Source: a bacterium (GTDB taxonomy: Bacteria; UBA8248). Taken from it: DNA of 64,000 bases. Of the stretch, positions 39,051-47,927 are shown piece by piece (position 1 is the stretch's first letter; each line of letters begins with the position of its first letter). Under the pieces are notes generated by a model. The model did no database searches. It saw nothing but the letters and a program-made list of their open reading frames with translations, and was not told the origin of the DNA. The stretch is taken from positions 4,160,001-4,224,000 of the forward strand of contig OZ244799.1 in assembly GCA_965219955.1 (NCBI GenBank), written 5' to 3'. The translations under genes were made by a program, and so were the position numbers.

Positions 39051-39464
39051 ATGCTCATCGTGAACGAGAGGCTCAAAATCCCGCTGCGCGAAATCCACTT
39101 CCAGTTCGCGCGCGCGGGCGGCCCCGGCGGGCAGAACGTCAACAAGGTCTCGACCAAGGCGGTGCTGCGCTGGAACATGGCGGCTTCGAAGAGCGCGCCC
39201 GAGGGGGTGAAGGCGAGGCTCCGGGCGCGCCACCCGCGCCGCGTGACGCGGGAGGGAGAAGTCGTCATCGCGAGCAGCCGCTTCCGCGACCAGGGCCGGA
39301 ACGTCGCCGACTGCCTCGAAAAGCTGCGCGCCGCCCTGGCCGCCGCCGCCGACCCGCCCAAACCGCGCCGCCCCACGCGCCCCACCCGTCTTTCCAAAGA
39401 GAAACGCCTCAAGGACAAGCGCCAGCGCGCCGAGAAGAAGAGGATGAGGGGGAAGGTGGGGTAG
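39051..39464 (+). CDS. arfB: Alternative ribosome rescue peptidyl-tRNA hydrolase
   Basis: RAGGPGGQNVNKVST, RDQGRN, basic C-terminal tail. Confidence 0.95.
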   Translation: MLIVNERLKIPLREIHFQFARAGGPGGQNVNKVSTKAVLRWNMAASKSAPEGVKARLRARHPRRVTREGEVVIASSRFRDQGRNVADCLEKLRAALAAAADPPKPRRPTRPTRLSKEKRLKDKRQRAEKKRMRGKVG

Positions 39465-39485
39465 GGGGGCTACAAGTAGCGCAAG

Positions 39486-39920
39486 TTATTTGTCCGCTTC
39501 GGGCGACAAAAAGCCGGTGAGTCGGGATTCGAGTTTGGACTCGTCTTCCGTTTCGCACTCCCACACGACCAGCGCATTCCAGCCGAGTTGACGTAGGTCT
39601 TCTATCTTCCGACGATCACGAGCCATGTTCTGCCGGAATTTCTCTTCCCAGAAGTCGGTTCGTGTTTTCGGGGTGGTGGTGCGGCGGCATCCTTCGTGCC
39701 TGTGCCAGAAACAGCCGTGAACGAAAATCGCCTTTTGGCGTGAGATAAAACAGATGTCGGGTGTTCCAGGGAGGTCTTTTCTGTGCAGACGATAGCGGTA
39801 GCCGAGGCCGTGCAACAACTTTCGAACGATCAACTCCGGCTTGGTGTTCTTCTGGCCGACGCGCGCCATGAGCGCGCTGCGCTCCGGTGATGGTTCGGCC
39901 TCAATCGGCGGCTTCTTCAT
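39486..39920 (-). CDS. vsr: Very short patch repair endonuclease
   Basis: RSALMARV..KNTKPE, LPGTPD, FVHGCFWHRH, VWEC. Confidence 0.95.
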   Translation of the reverse strand: MKKPPIEAEPSPERSALMARVGQKNTKPELIVRKLLHGLGYRYRLHRKDLPGTPDICFISRQKAIFVHGCFWHRHEGCRRTTTPKTRTDFWEEKFRQNMARDRRKIEDLRQLGWNALVVWECETEDESKLESRLTGFLSPEADK

Positions 39921-41886
39921 CAGATGCAATTTTTTCCAGTAACTGTACCAGAGTGTTCCTCTTTTCCTCGGCTTTCAGGAAGTCTTTGTACGAATTTCTA
40001 GCTCGATCTAGCATTTCATCATAAGTCATCAGTCGGCCATTATTTGGGGCAAGAGACTCGTCAGCTCTTTTCCGACTTTCTGCGGATTGCAGAAAATCCT
40101 GTTCTGGTCCCACCAAACATACAATCTCGTGTGCATCGTATGGCTCATTGACTTTAGTGAGTCCACTTCGTAGAGCGTTCGAGTATTTTACGATCTGGTC
40201 GACCAGTTCTCCCACCGTGACCTTACGGTTATATCGTTTCAATTCGACTACGATATGCCGCGTTGCGCCCTTTCGATAGACGATGTCGAAACGGGCATCC
40301 CTTTCTTTTTGGGGAAGTTTCTCGGCAGCTTCAACCAGATATTTCTTGACGGTTTTTTCAGTCTCCACGGGCTCGGTCGCCATATCCCAGGATGGATCGA
40401 GCAACCAGAGATGTTTGGCTAGGTAATCGCGGATCAGCGCTTCAATTTCATTTTTGTGGAGATATCTTTCTTCGAGGGCTCTGATTACTTCGACCCGTCC
40501 TCTGGCTACGTCGTAGTACAACGCTGCTTCGTATTGATCGAATTCCTGGAAGGCCCGAAGCACGGTTTCAACATTGTCGGTTGCCAAACCCTCGAGTTCA
40601 CGCAGTCGGCCTCGCGCGTCGAAAATCTGGTGGGCAACTATAGCTTGCTTGAAATGTTCCCGTTTCTTGTCTTCCTCGTCTTCGTAGATATTGTTGATGG
40701 AGCCGAACAACTTTCTTGCGGCCTCCCGCCTGTCATGGTTCAACCCTTCCAGCCAATCTTCGAGTGCAGGAATGAGCCTGATGGCTTCTTCCTCGGCTTT
40801 CTCCCGTTTGAAGCGCGCACGATCATTGATGACTTTCCGAATGAGTCGCCCCAATACCTTGACGAGATATTCGTACCGTTCGTCTTCTTCGAGAAATCCT
40901 TGACGGCCACTCGTCGCAATGTCGTCTAAGGTGTCTTCGTCCATGAAATCGGCATGAATTTCACCGACAATGTATTTGGAAGCCAATTCCCGAACGCCGA
41001 GACTCGCTAACAGATCCGGACAAGCCATCTTTTCTCGCACCATCAGGACGATGTTATTCGCGTTGTTATCGTTCCGAGTGAGGTCTTGGCTTCGGTGGGC
41101 TGTTCCGATCCAGCCCTTGATTGCTGGTTCGTCGGACTCCAGTTCGAGTTCCTTGGTTTGCTTTGCTCTTTTCGAGATTTCGACTGCTTCCGTCCACTCG
41201 CCATCCGTTCCAATGGTCCAGAGGTATTCGACGAGTTCCAAATAACCTCGGTCTTGAATAGTTAATGGCTGGTTGGAAATTTTAACTTCGAACCCCATAT
41301 CTTGCCCAATCGTGAAAAAACGACGCGCCAGTCGTTTCCGTAATTCACTCCCGAACCGGACGCGATCTCTGTTGAGATCCATCAAGGTGATCCGGGTTCC
41401 TTTCGGGAAGTTCCAGTTCCCGTCGATATCATCCGGCCGATACCGAGCTCGGCCATCCGGCGCGTTTTCGATTTCCTCTTTTATCTTTTCCACATCCAAC
41501 AGAATGGCTGTTTTTTCACCGTCTTTGATGGTTTCGACCGTAACTTTATTTGCGATGGAAAAGAGGGATAACTTGCCGATTCCCTTTCGCCCCATCGGCT
41601 TGCGACCCCCTGGACTGCTCGTTCTACCCGCACGACGGCGTTTATGTCCGACCGTTAAGTAGAAACTCTGCATTTCTTTTCGGGTCATGCCGATTCCGTC
41701 ATCCGTAATGGTGAACTGTCGAGTTTCATCGTCATAATCGATGTTGACGAGATTGGCGTCCGCGTCCCAAGCGTTTGCGACGACTTCGGCAAGGACGGCG
41801 GGGACATTGCCGTATAGATTGATGCCGAGGTCCTCAAGGACGCTCATGCTGATCAGGAGTTCGAGTGGTTGTTTGTTATTCGACAC
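39901..41886 (-). CDS. GHKL ATPase fused to PD-(D/E)xK nuclease (HgiDII/BbrUII-like restriction enzyme)
   Basis: EVVANAWDA, DDGIGM, GRKGIGKL, C-terminal FDI...VELK; translationally coupled to the methyltransferase. Confidence 0.8.
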   Translation of the reverse strand: MSNNKQPLELLISMSVLEDLGINLYGNVPAVLAEVVANAWDADANLVNIDYDDETRQFTITDDGIGMTRKEMQSFYLTVGHKRRRAGRTSSPGGRKPMGRKGIGKLSLFSIANKVTVETIKDGEKTAILLDVEKIKEEIENAPDGRARYRPDDIDGNWNFPKGTRITLMDLNRDRVRFGSELRKRLARRFFTIGQDMGFEVKISNQPLTIQDRGYLELVEYLWTIGTDGEWTEAVEISKRAKQTKELELESDEPAIKGWIGTAHRSQDLTRNDNNANNIVLMVREKMACPDLLASLGVRELASKYIVGEIHADFMDEDTLDDIATSGRQGFLEEDERYEYLVKVLGRLIRKVINDRARFKREKAEEEAIRLIPALEDWLEGLNHDRREAARKLFGSINNIYEDEEDKKREHFKQAIVAHQIFDARGRLRELEGLATDNVETVLRAFQEFDQYEAALYYDVARGRVEVIRALEERYLHKNEIEALIRDYLAKHLWLLDPSWDMATEPVETEKTVKKYLVEAAEKLPQKERDARFDIVYRKGATRHIVVELKRYNRKVTVGELVDQIVKYSNALRSGLTKVNEPYDAHEIVCLVGPEQDFLQSAESRKRADESLAPNNGRLMTYDEMLDRARNSYKDFLKAEEKRNTLVQLLEKIASDEEAAD

Positions 41887-42950
41887 TAAGCGAATTCCTT
41901 CAAGTGCCGCTTGATTGACCGCGCGATAGCCCTCGCCAGCAGGACAGGCACGGCGTTCCCGATCATCCGGCCCAACTTCTTGAACTGCACGGGGTCTTCG
42001 GGTTTTACGAAAGCGTAATCGGATGGAAACGACTGGAGAATCGCGCCTTCACGTAACGATATCGCCCGGTCCTGTTCCGGGTGCCCGAATCTCCCGTTGC
42101 CGAACCCGAAGAACTGGGTCGTGATGGTCGGGGAAGGAGCTTCCCACTCCATTCGCCCGTAGACGGATGCGTACCCGCGCCCGGTCGTCGCCTTGTGGCA
42201 ATCCGCGACAAGTTCGTCTTCCCAATCACGCCAACTTCCCCCTGCTGTTGCCGCTTGAATGCGTTTCAGGTTGAGTGGCGATAGCCTGCTGCTGCGGTGA
42301 AGCGGGTCTTCGGGGTCCACGCCGCCCGCATTGAGTTTCGGGAGATTTTTGATGGCTTGGGAGACGGTTTCGTGTCGTGATGAATCGTGCGTGGGTTGTT
42401 CCAGTTCTATCTCGCCCAACAAGGATGCCAGAAGCACGAGGCGTGAGCGTTGCTGGGGTACGCCGTAATCGGGTGCGAACGCGATTCGCCAATCGACGTG
42501 ATAGCCTGCTCCTTCGAGAGTTTCGACGAAGCTCTCGAAAACTTCACCTTCTCTGAACCGTATCAAGCGCGGCACGTTCTCCATCGAGACCACCAATGGT
42601 TTCGTCTCGACGATGATCCGGGCGAATTCTCCCAATAGTTCCCATTGCGGATCCGAGTTCTTCTGGTTGTAGATGGAAAACGGCTGGCATGGCGCGCAAC
42701 CTACGAGTACCGAGGGCAGGTCGGGTGTGAAAAGCTCATCAAGCGTCTCGCCGTCGAGCGAGGCGATGTCCTTGCGTATGAAAGTCGCTTCGTTGTTGTG
42801 TTCGAAGGGATAGCGGCAATCTTCGTCCGTATCGACCCCTGCGGCGATCTCGAACCCTTCCTGCAAAAAGCCGTGTGAGAGTCCTCCCGCACCGCAGAAG
42901 AGGTCGACGACACTCCCGGCATACACATGAGTCACGCTTTGCTCGGCCAC
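41886..42950 (-). CDS. dcm: DNA (cytosine-5) methyltransferase, M.HgiDII-like
   Basis: DLFCGAGG, GCAPCQPFS, ENV, QQRSR, YGRMEW, GNGRFGHPEQDR, GNAVP. Confidence 0.93.
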   Translation of the reverse strand: MAEQSVTHVYAGSVVDLFCGAGGLSHGFLQEGFEIAAGVDTDEDCRYPFEHNNEATFIRKDIASLDGETLDELFTPDLPSVLVGCAPCQPFSIYNQKNSDPQWELLGEFARIIVETKPLVVSMENVPRLIRFREGEVFESFVETLEGAGYHVDWRIAFAPDYGVPQQRSRLVLLASLLGEIELEQPTHDSSRHETVSQAIKNLPKLNAGGVDPEDPLHRSSRLSPLNLKRIQAATAGGSWRDWEDELVADCHKATTGRGYASVYGRMEWEAPSPTITTQFFGFGNGRFGHPEQDRAISLREGAILQSFPSDYAFVKPEDPVQFKKLGRMIGNAVPVLLARAIARSIKRHLKEFA

Positions 42951-43123
42951 TTACTGTTCCTCTTGCGAGAACAACTCGATGCACGAGTCCCCGCCATGCA
43001 CCACCCCCCTTGAGTGTCTCGTGAGTCGCTTTTCCTGATTGAGATTACCACGCATGAATTGACCTCGCTAGTTCAAGGTTCCTTGATGCGATCTTTCTTG
43101 ACATATCTTCCCCAAACATGCGC

Positions 43124-43152
43124 TTGACAACATATGTATCTCAAAACATATT
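43124..43152 (+). promoter_or_regulatory. Promoter/operator of the XRE antitoxin gene
   Basis: TTGACA-17 nt-CATATT overlapped by inverted repeat ATATGT-N8-ACATAT. Confidence 0.55.
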
Positions 43153-43186
43153 ATGCGCTCGCCCTGTCTTTTCGTGAGTGAAAACC

Positions 43187-43513
43187 ATGCCCGCAAACGT
43201 AGACGACAAAATCAAAAAGCTGAGCGCCTCGCAACGCAAAAAAGTCAAAGCGCGGGCGGCGGCGTTGCTCGCCGAGGAGATGACGCTGCGCGATCTCAGA
43301 AAGGCGCGGGAGTTGACTCAGGCGCGCATGGCGGAGCAGTTGGGGATCACGCAGGACGGCGTATCGAGGCTCGAGAAGCGAAGCGACCTGTTGCTCTCCA
43401 CGCTCAGAAAAAGCGTCGAGGCGATGGGCGGGCGCCTCTCGCTCGTCGCCGAATTTCCCGACCGCGCCCCGGTCGTGCTCACGGGTATCGCGGGGGATGA
43501 GCCGCCTGGTTGA
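43187..43513 (+). CDS. XRE-family HTH protein (HigA-2-like antitoxin), orphan
   Basis: TLRDLRKARELTQARMAEQLGITQDGVSRLEKRSDLLLSTLR..VEAMGGRL. Confidence 0.88.
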   Translation: MPANVDDKIKKLSASQRKKVKARAAALLAEEMTLRDLRKARELTQARMAEQLGITQDGVSRLEKRSDLLLSTLRKSVEAMGGRLSLVAEFPDRAPVVLTGIAGDEPPG

Positions 43514-43563
43514 TGGCTTAGGGCCGCTCGCGAGCAGCCCCTACGAAAGGCGTACTTTCCTGA

Positions 43564-43956
43564 TCACCCCAACCAATTCTCTACAGCCAGACCCTCCACC
43601 CTATTGAACTCGCGGGTGTTGCGCGTGATCAGGGTGAGGGAACGAGCGAGCACCTGCCCTGCGATGAGTACGTCATAGGGGCCGATGGGGGTTCTTTTGA
43701 CTGCCAGCGCGGCGCGGATTTCTCCCGCCCGTTCGGCGTCGGTCTGTGAGAGCGGCAACACTTCGAATTCCAGGGCGTGGACCATGCGCAGGTTTTCTTC
43801 TACCCGTTTGCTCTTGTATGCGCCGAAGCAGAGTTCGTGATGCGAAACGGCGGAGACGCCGAAATCGGCGGTCCGATGGTCACCAAGGCGGTCGATGAAC
43901 TTTTGGTTACCCCTGAGTAATTCAATCAGGGCGTTCGTGTCGAGCAGGAATCTCAC
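43564..43956 (-). CDS. vapC: PIN-domain toxin
   Basis: LLDTN, PIGPYDVLIAG, ITRNTREF. Confidence 0.93.
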   Translation of the reverse strand: MRFLLDTNALIELLRGNQKFIDRLGDHRTADFGVSAVSHHELCFGAYKSKRVEENLRMVHALEFEVLPLSQTDAERAGEIRAALAVKRTPIGPYDVLIAGQVLARSLTLITRNTREFNRVEGLAVENWLG

Positions 43957-44198
43957 TCAAAAAAATCCAGTTCCGGGCGGGCCTGTTCCCCCGGCCTCTC
44001 TGCGGCGGCTTTCAGGAAATCCTCATCGACCGGGCGCTTGATGGCGTCGAGCCACGACCAGTCATTTGAAAGCGGTTCCAGGATGACGGCTTCTCCTTCT
44101 TTTCGGATTCGCACCTCATCGCACTTGAACCGGAATTCCTTCGGAAGGCGAACGGCCTGCGAACGACCTGTCATGAATACCTTGGCTGTATTTGGCAT
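43953..44198 (-). CDS. vapB: AbrB/VagC-type antitoxin
   Basis: AKVFMTGRSQAVRLPKEFRF; 4-nt overlap with vapC. Confidence 0.93.
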   Translation of the reverse strand: MPNTAKVFMTGRSQAVRLPKEFRFKCDEVRIRKEGEAVILEPLSNDWSWLDAIKRPVDEDFLKAAAERPGEQARPELDFFE

Positions 44199-44210
44199 GT
44201 TGGGTCTCCT

Positions 44211-44254
44211 GATATATTGCAAAGATATATATCATGAGCGGCTGTATGAGTCAA
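44211..44254 (-). promoter_or_regulatory. vapBC promoter/operator
   Basis: TTGACT-17 nt-TATATA on the minus strand, with ATATAT-N7-ATATAT palindrome. Confidence 0.6.
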
Positions 44255-44514
44255 CCACAAAACGGATAAATCTCTCTACCACTCCCAACCCTTAATAACT
44301 CATCCCTTTATCCAACTTATCCCCGATAAAGCTGAATAACCTGCTCTGTAAGCCCATTTCCGAGCCACGCATCCCACTTCCCCCATCCCTGTTATTCATT
44401 TTTACGAATAAACGCTTAATAGCGTTTCCTTTTATTAAATTTTATGCTATATCTCTTAATAGTGGTTCGGCTTATTCAGCTTTCGCTTCATAACGCTTCA
44501 TCGGGAGGTTCGCC

Positions 44515-45675
44515 GTGAGACGCGCAGAGACGGGCGCATACGAGACGACGACGTTCGGCGGCGAGGCCGTGCGCGCGTTCGTGCCCGCCAGCCTGCCGCC
44601 CAGGCCGCCGCTCGACCTGGCCGCCCTGAACGCGCCGCTCGAGCGGGCGTCGCTCTCGCTGGGCCGCCTCGACGCCCTGGCCGCGCTGCTGCCCGACCCC
44701 CACGTCTTCCTCTACACCTACGTGCGCAAGGAGGCCGTGCTCTCCTCCCAGATCGAGGGAACGCAGTCCTCGCTCTCCGACCTCCTGCTCTACGAGGTGG
44801 AGGGGGCGCCGGGCGCGCCGGTTGACGACGTGGTCGAGGTCTCGAACTACGTGGCGGCGCTCGAACACGGCCTGGCGCGGATGCGGGGGGATGGTTTCCC
44901 GCTCTCGACGCGCCTCATCTGCGAGATCCACGGCCGGCTGCTCGCGCGGGGCCGCGGCGCGGGCAAGAGCCCGGGCGAGTTCCGGCGCTCCCAGAACTGG
45001 ATCGGCGGGAGCAGGCCGGCCGCGGCGCACTTCGTGCCGCCTCCGCCCCACCGGGTCGGCGAGTGCATGTCGGACCTCGAGCGCTTCTGGCACCGGGAGG
45101 ACTTGAGGCTATCGGCCTTGCTCCGCGCGGGTCTCGCGCACGTTCAGTTCGAGACCATCCACCCGTTCCTGGACGGGAACGGGCGCGTCGGGCGGCTGCT
45201 CATCACGCTCCTGCTCTGGCGCGAGGGCGCGCTCCGCGAGCCGATGCTTTACCTGAGCCTTTTCTTCAAGCAGCGCCGGGCGGATTACTACGCGCTCCTG
45301 GACGAGGTGCGCGAGAGCGGCGACTGGGAGGCGTGGCTCCTCTTCTTCCTGGAGGGCGTGGCCGAGACTTCCGATGCGGCCGTGGCGACCGCGCACCGGG
45401 TGCTGGCGCTGTTCGATGCGGATCAGCTCCGCGCCGCGCAGACGGGCCGCGTGGCCGGCTCCGCGCTCCGCGTCTACCGTGCGCTCAAGGAGCGGCCCAT
45501 CGCCTCGCTCGCGCACGCCGCCGGGCACTCGGGCCTCTCGTTCCCCGCGGCGTCCAGCGGGATGCGCGCGCTCGAGCGCCTCGGAATCGTCCGCGAGCTC
45601 ACGGGCAAGAAGCGCAACCGCCTGTTCGGCTACGAGGCGTACCTCTCGATCCTGAACGAGGGCACGGAGGTGTAG
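44515..45675 (+). CDS. Fic family protein (N-terminal inhibitory motif, C-terminal HTH)
   Basis: SSQIEG, HPFLDGNGRVGR, ELTGKKRNRLF. Confidence 0.95.
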   Translation: MRRAETGAYETTTFGGEAVRAFVPASLPPRPPLDLAALNAPLERASLSLGRLDALAALLPDPHVFLYTYVRKEAVLSSQIEGTQSSLSDLLLYEVEGAPGAPVDDVVEVSNYVAALEHGLARMRGDGFPLSTRLICEIHGRLLARGRGAGKSPGEFRRSQNWIGGSRPAAAHFVPPPPHRVGECMSDLERFWHREDLRLSALLRAGLAHVQFETIHPFLDGNGRVGRLLITLLLWREGALREPMLYLSLFFKQRRADYYALLDEVRESGDWEAWLLFFLEGVAETSDAAVATAHRVLALFDADQLRAAQTGRVAGSALRVYRALKERPIASLAHAAGHSGLSFPAASSGMRALERLGIVRELTGKKRNRLFGYEAYLSILNEGTEV

Positions 45676-45683
45676 GTGGTAGG

Positions 45684-45711
45684 GGGGGGGGCGAAAGCCC
45701 CCCCTTTTTTT
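45684..45711 (+). terminator. Intrinsic terminator after fic
   Basis: GGGGGGGC-GAAA-GCCCCCCC-TTTTTTT. Confidence 0.8.
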
Positions 45712-45802
45712 ATGTGTAGGGGCCGCATACATGCGGCCCTTGTAGTGGGTGAAAAAACCAGGGTCGCATGTATGTCGGACATATATGTCCTATATGGACG
45801 CC

Positions 45803-46062
45803 CACGAGAATGCAAGCGGTTTTTGGGGAGGGTTCGGCGCAAAGCGGTTCGGCTCAGTCGTATATCCGGCCTCTTCGTTGCGGCGCTTTACTCTGGCCGC
45901 GGGCCCGTATGGAGATAGGTGGACCGGGTCCAAATCGACCTGGTGAGCTCGGTGGCTCTGGACATATATCTGGTTTTCCCGGTCCCGTCTCGATGACCGT
46001 TTGCCCTTACCCTTCCTCCGGCCTGCTCACATTCCTCCCGGCTCTATCCGTGCGCCCGCCGC
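45803..46062 (-). ncRNA. Putative bridge/seek RNA of the IS1111-type element (boundaries approximate)
   Basis: RNA-sense ATATATGTCC-hairpin-AGGTCGA matches the two insertion flanks; GGCCGGATATACG motif; located in the right-end non-coding region. Confidence 0.7.
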
Positions 46063-47088
46063 TCAGGCGAGGGGCGCTGGCTCCCTGTAGACATCCTTGT
46101 TCCGCATCAGCGCCCACGCGATGCGCGCCATCCGGTTCGCCAGCGCCACCGCCACCACCTTCCTCGGCTTGCGCGCCAGCATCCGCGCCAGCCACGGACA
46201 CGGCGGCTTCCGGCGACGCCCCGCCCAGCGTATCTCCGACATCGCGCCCGATATCAACAGACGCCTCACGTCGCGCTGGCCCATCTTCGATATTCCCCCC
46301 AGGCGGGGCTTGCCCCCCGTGGAGTGCTGCCGGGGAACCAGACCCAGCCAGGCCGAGAAGTCGCGGCCCCGACGGAAGCGCTCCACCGGCGGCGCGAACG
46401 CCCGGATCGCCGACGCCGTAATCGGGCCGACACCCGGGATGCTCATCAGCCGCCGCGCCTCCTCGTCCGCGTATGCGCTCGCCCGGAGCCGTCCGGTCAA
46501 CTCCCGGACCTTCGCATCGAGGCCGTCAATCTGGGCGAGCAGAATCCCGCCCAACTCGCGGACCTCCTCGGGCAGGCCCGATTCCGCTCCCCGAACCGCC
46601 GCCGCCAGCCGTGTGAGGCCCACGGGCCCTTGCCGCTCGACGACCCCGAACTCCGCCAGGTGGCTGCGCAGCGCGTTGCGCGCCTGCGTGCGCTGACCCA
46701 CCAGCAAATCCCGCGTGCGGTACTCCATCCCACACCCCTGCTGCGCTTCGCTCTTCACCGCCACGAAGCGCATCGTCGCCCGCGTGGCCGCCTCGCATAT
46801 CGCCTCCGCATCCGCCGCGTCGTTCTTGTGGCGCTTCACGTAGGGCTTCACGTAGACCGGCGGCATGAGCCGAACCTCATGGCCGAGCTTGCCGACCTCG
46901 CGCCCCCAGTAGTGCGCGCTCGCGCACGCCTCCATCGCCACCACGCATCGAGGCTGCGACGACAGAAACTCCAGCACCTTCGCGCGCGTCAGCTTCTTGC
47001 GGAACGCCACCCGCCCGTCCGCACCCGCGCCGTGGAGTTGAAAACTGTGTTTCGCCAAGTCGATGCCGATCATGTAGACTCCTTCCAT
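46063..47088 (-). CDS. IS110 family transposase/recombinase (DEDD)
   Basis: IGIDLAK, MEAC, KNDAADAEAI, SIPGVGPITA, WLGLVPRQHSTGG, VALANRMARIAW; AAGGAG RBS. Confidence 0.96.
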   Translation of the reverse strand: MEGVYMIGIDLAKHSFQLHGAGADGRVAFRKKLTRAKVLEFLSSQPRCVVAMEACASAHYWGREVGKLGHEVRLMPPVYVKPYVKRHKNDAADAEAICEAATRATMRFVAVKSEAQQGCGMEYRTRDLLVGQRTQARNALRSHLAEFGVVERQGPVGLTRLAAAVRGAESGLPEEVRELGGILLAQIDGLDAKVRELTGRLRASAYADEEARRLMSIPGVGPITASAIRAFAPPVERFRRGRDFSAWLGLVPRQHSTGGKPRLGGISKMGQRDVRRLLISGAMSEIRWAGRRRKPPCPWLARMLARKPRKVVAVALANRMARIAWALMRNKDVYREPAPLA

Positions 47089-47202
47089 GGTCGTCTCCTT
47101 CCGGGCGGTGTGTGACGTCGTCTCGCCACATTCTAATCCGCCGGAAGGAGGCGTCCACCCCATCGACCTACACTCCCTTCGGCAAGACGGATTCCCATTG
47201 CC

Positions 47203-47756
47203 CTCATCCCGAGTAGGCGCGCTCGCGCGCCGTATCGAGGGAGCGCCCTTCGATACGCCGCCTCCGGCGGCTACTCAGGGTGAGGTCGATACGGCGGCCG
47301 ATGAGGGAGCAAGATAAACTCCTCCCTTGAGGGGGAAATCCCATAAGGGCAACCCCCCCTACCCCCCCTTGTCAGGGGTCAAACGCGAGTGATGAACGAG
47401 CGTTTGCATGAGCCATTGACGAGAAACACATCGTCTTGCAAAACCTCCCTCTTCGGTCGGTTTTGACCCCTGTCAAGGGGGGGTAGGGGGGGTTGTTTTT
47501 CCTGGCGAGAGCCTGCGCCGCCGCCTTTTGGGATTATCTATCCCGTCATTCCGTTATATGGCGGAGACAGAAAAACCGGGAGGATACACGGTCAGACATA
47601 TATGTCTGACCCCTACGTAAAACGTGATGGGTTTTGTAGGGACAGGCCTCCGTGCCTGTCCTGACGAAGGACAACCACGAAGAGCAGGACAGGCACGGAG
47701 GCCTGTCCCTACGATGAACAGTTCGGTGATCGGGATCCCCTCCCTCCTCAAGGGGG
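47203..47756. repeat. Intergenic REP-like cluster including GTCAGACATATATGTCTGAC palindrome (47591-47610) and GTAG-REP doublet (47636-47712)
   Basis: Inverted arms visible directly; shared with the other clusters. Confidence 0.8.
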
Positions 47757-47927
47757 CCTTTTCAAGAATCTCTTTATTAAGACTTAAATATTAACCCTTA
47801 ATAATGAAAATCCTTATTAAGTGTTCGCGCAATATAGCTGAAAAAAGGGCTTCTTTATTAAGTTTTTAGCATTAAATATTAATAGTGGTTTTTCTTATTC
47901 AGCTTTGGTGAATAACTCTTATTTCCC

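Larger units (their letters stand above)
45791..47164 (-). mobile_element. Complete IS110-family element, IS1111 subgroup, inserted in a REP-like palindrome
   Basis: Sub-terminal IRs TGGACGCC (45795-45802) and GGCGTCCA (47150-47157); long non-coding region downstream of the transposase; flanks rejoin to GTCGGACATATATGTC(C)GACCTAC. Confidence 0.88.

Noticed and set aside
45781-47171. Link between the IS110 target (contains GTCGAC under the TC-core model) and the HgiDII-like RM system
   Set aside because: Depends on two uncertain inferences, and GTCGAC is common in this GC-rich sequence
39465-47927. Prophage or integrative element enclosing the defence/TA island
   Set aside because: No integrase, phage genes, tRNA target or att repeats were found
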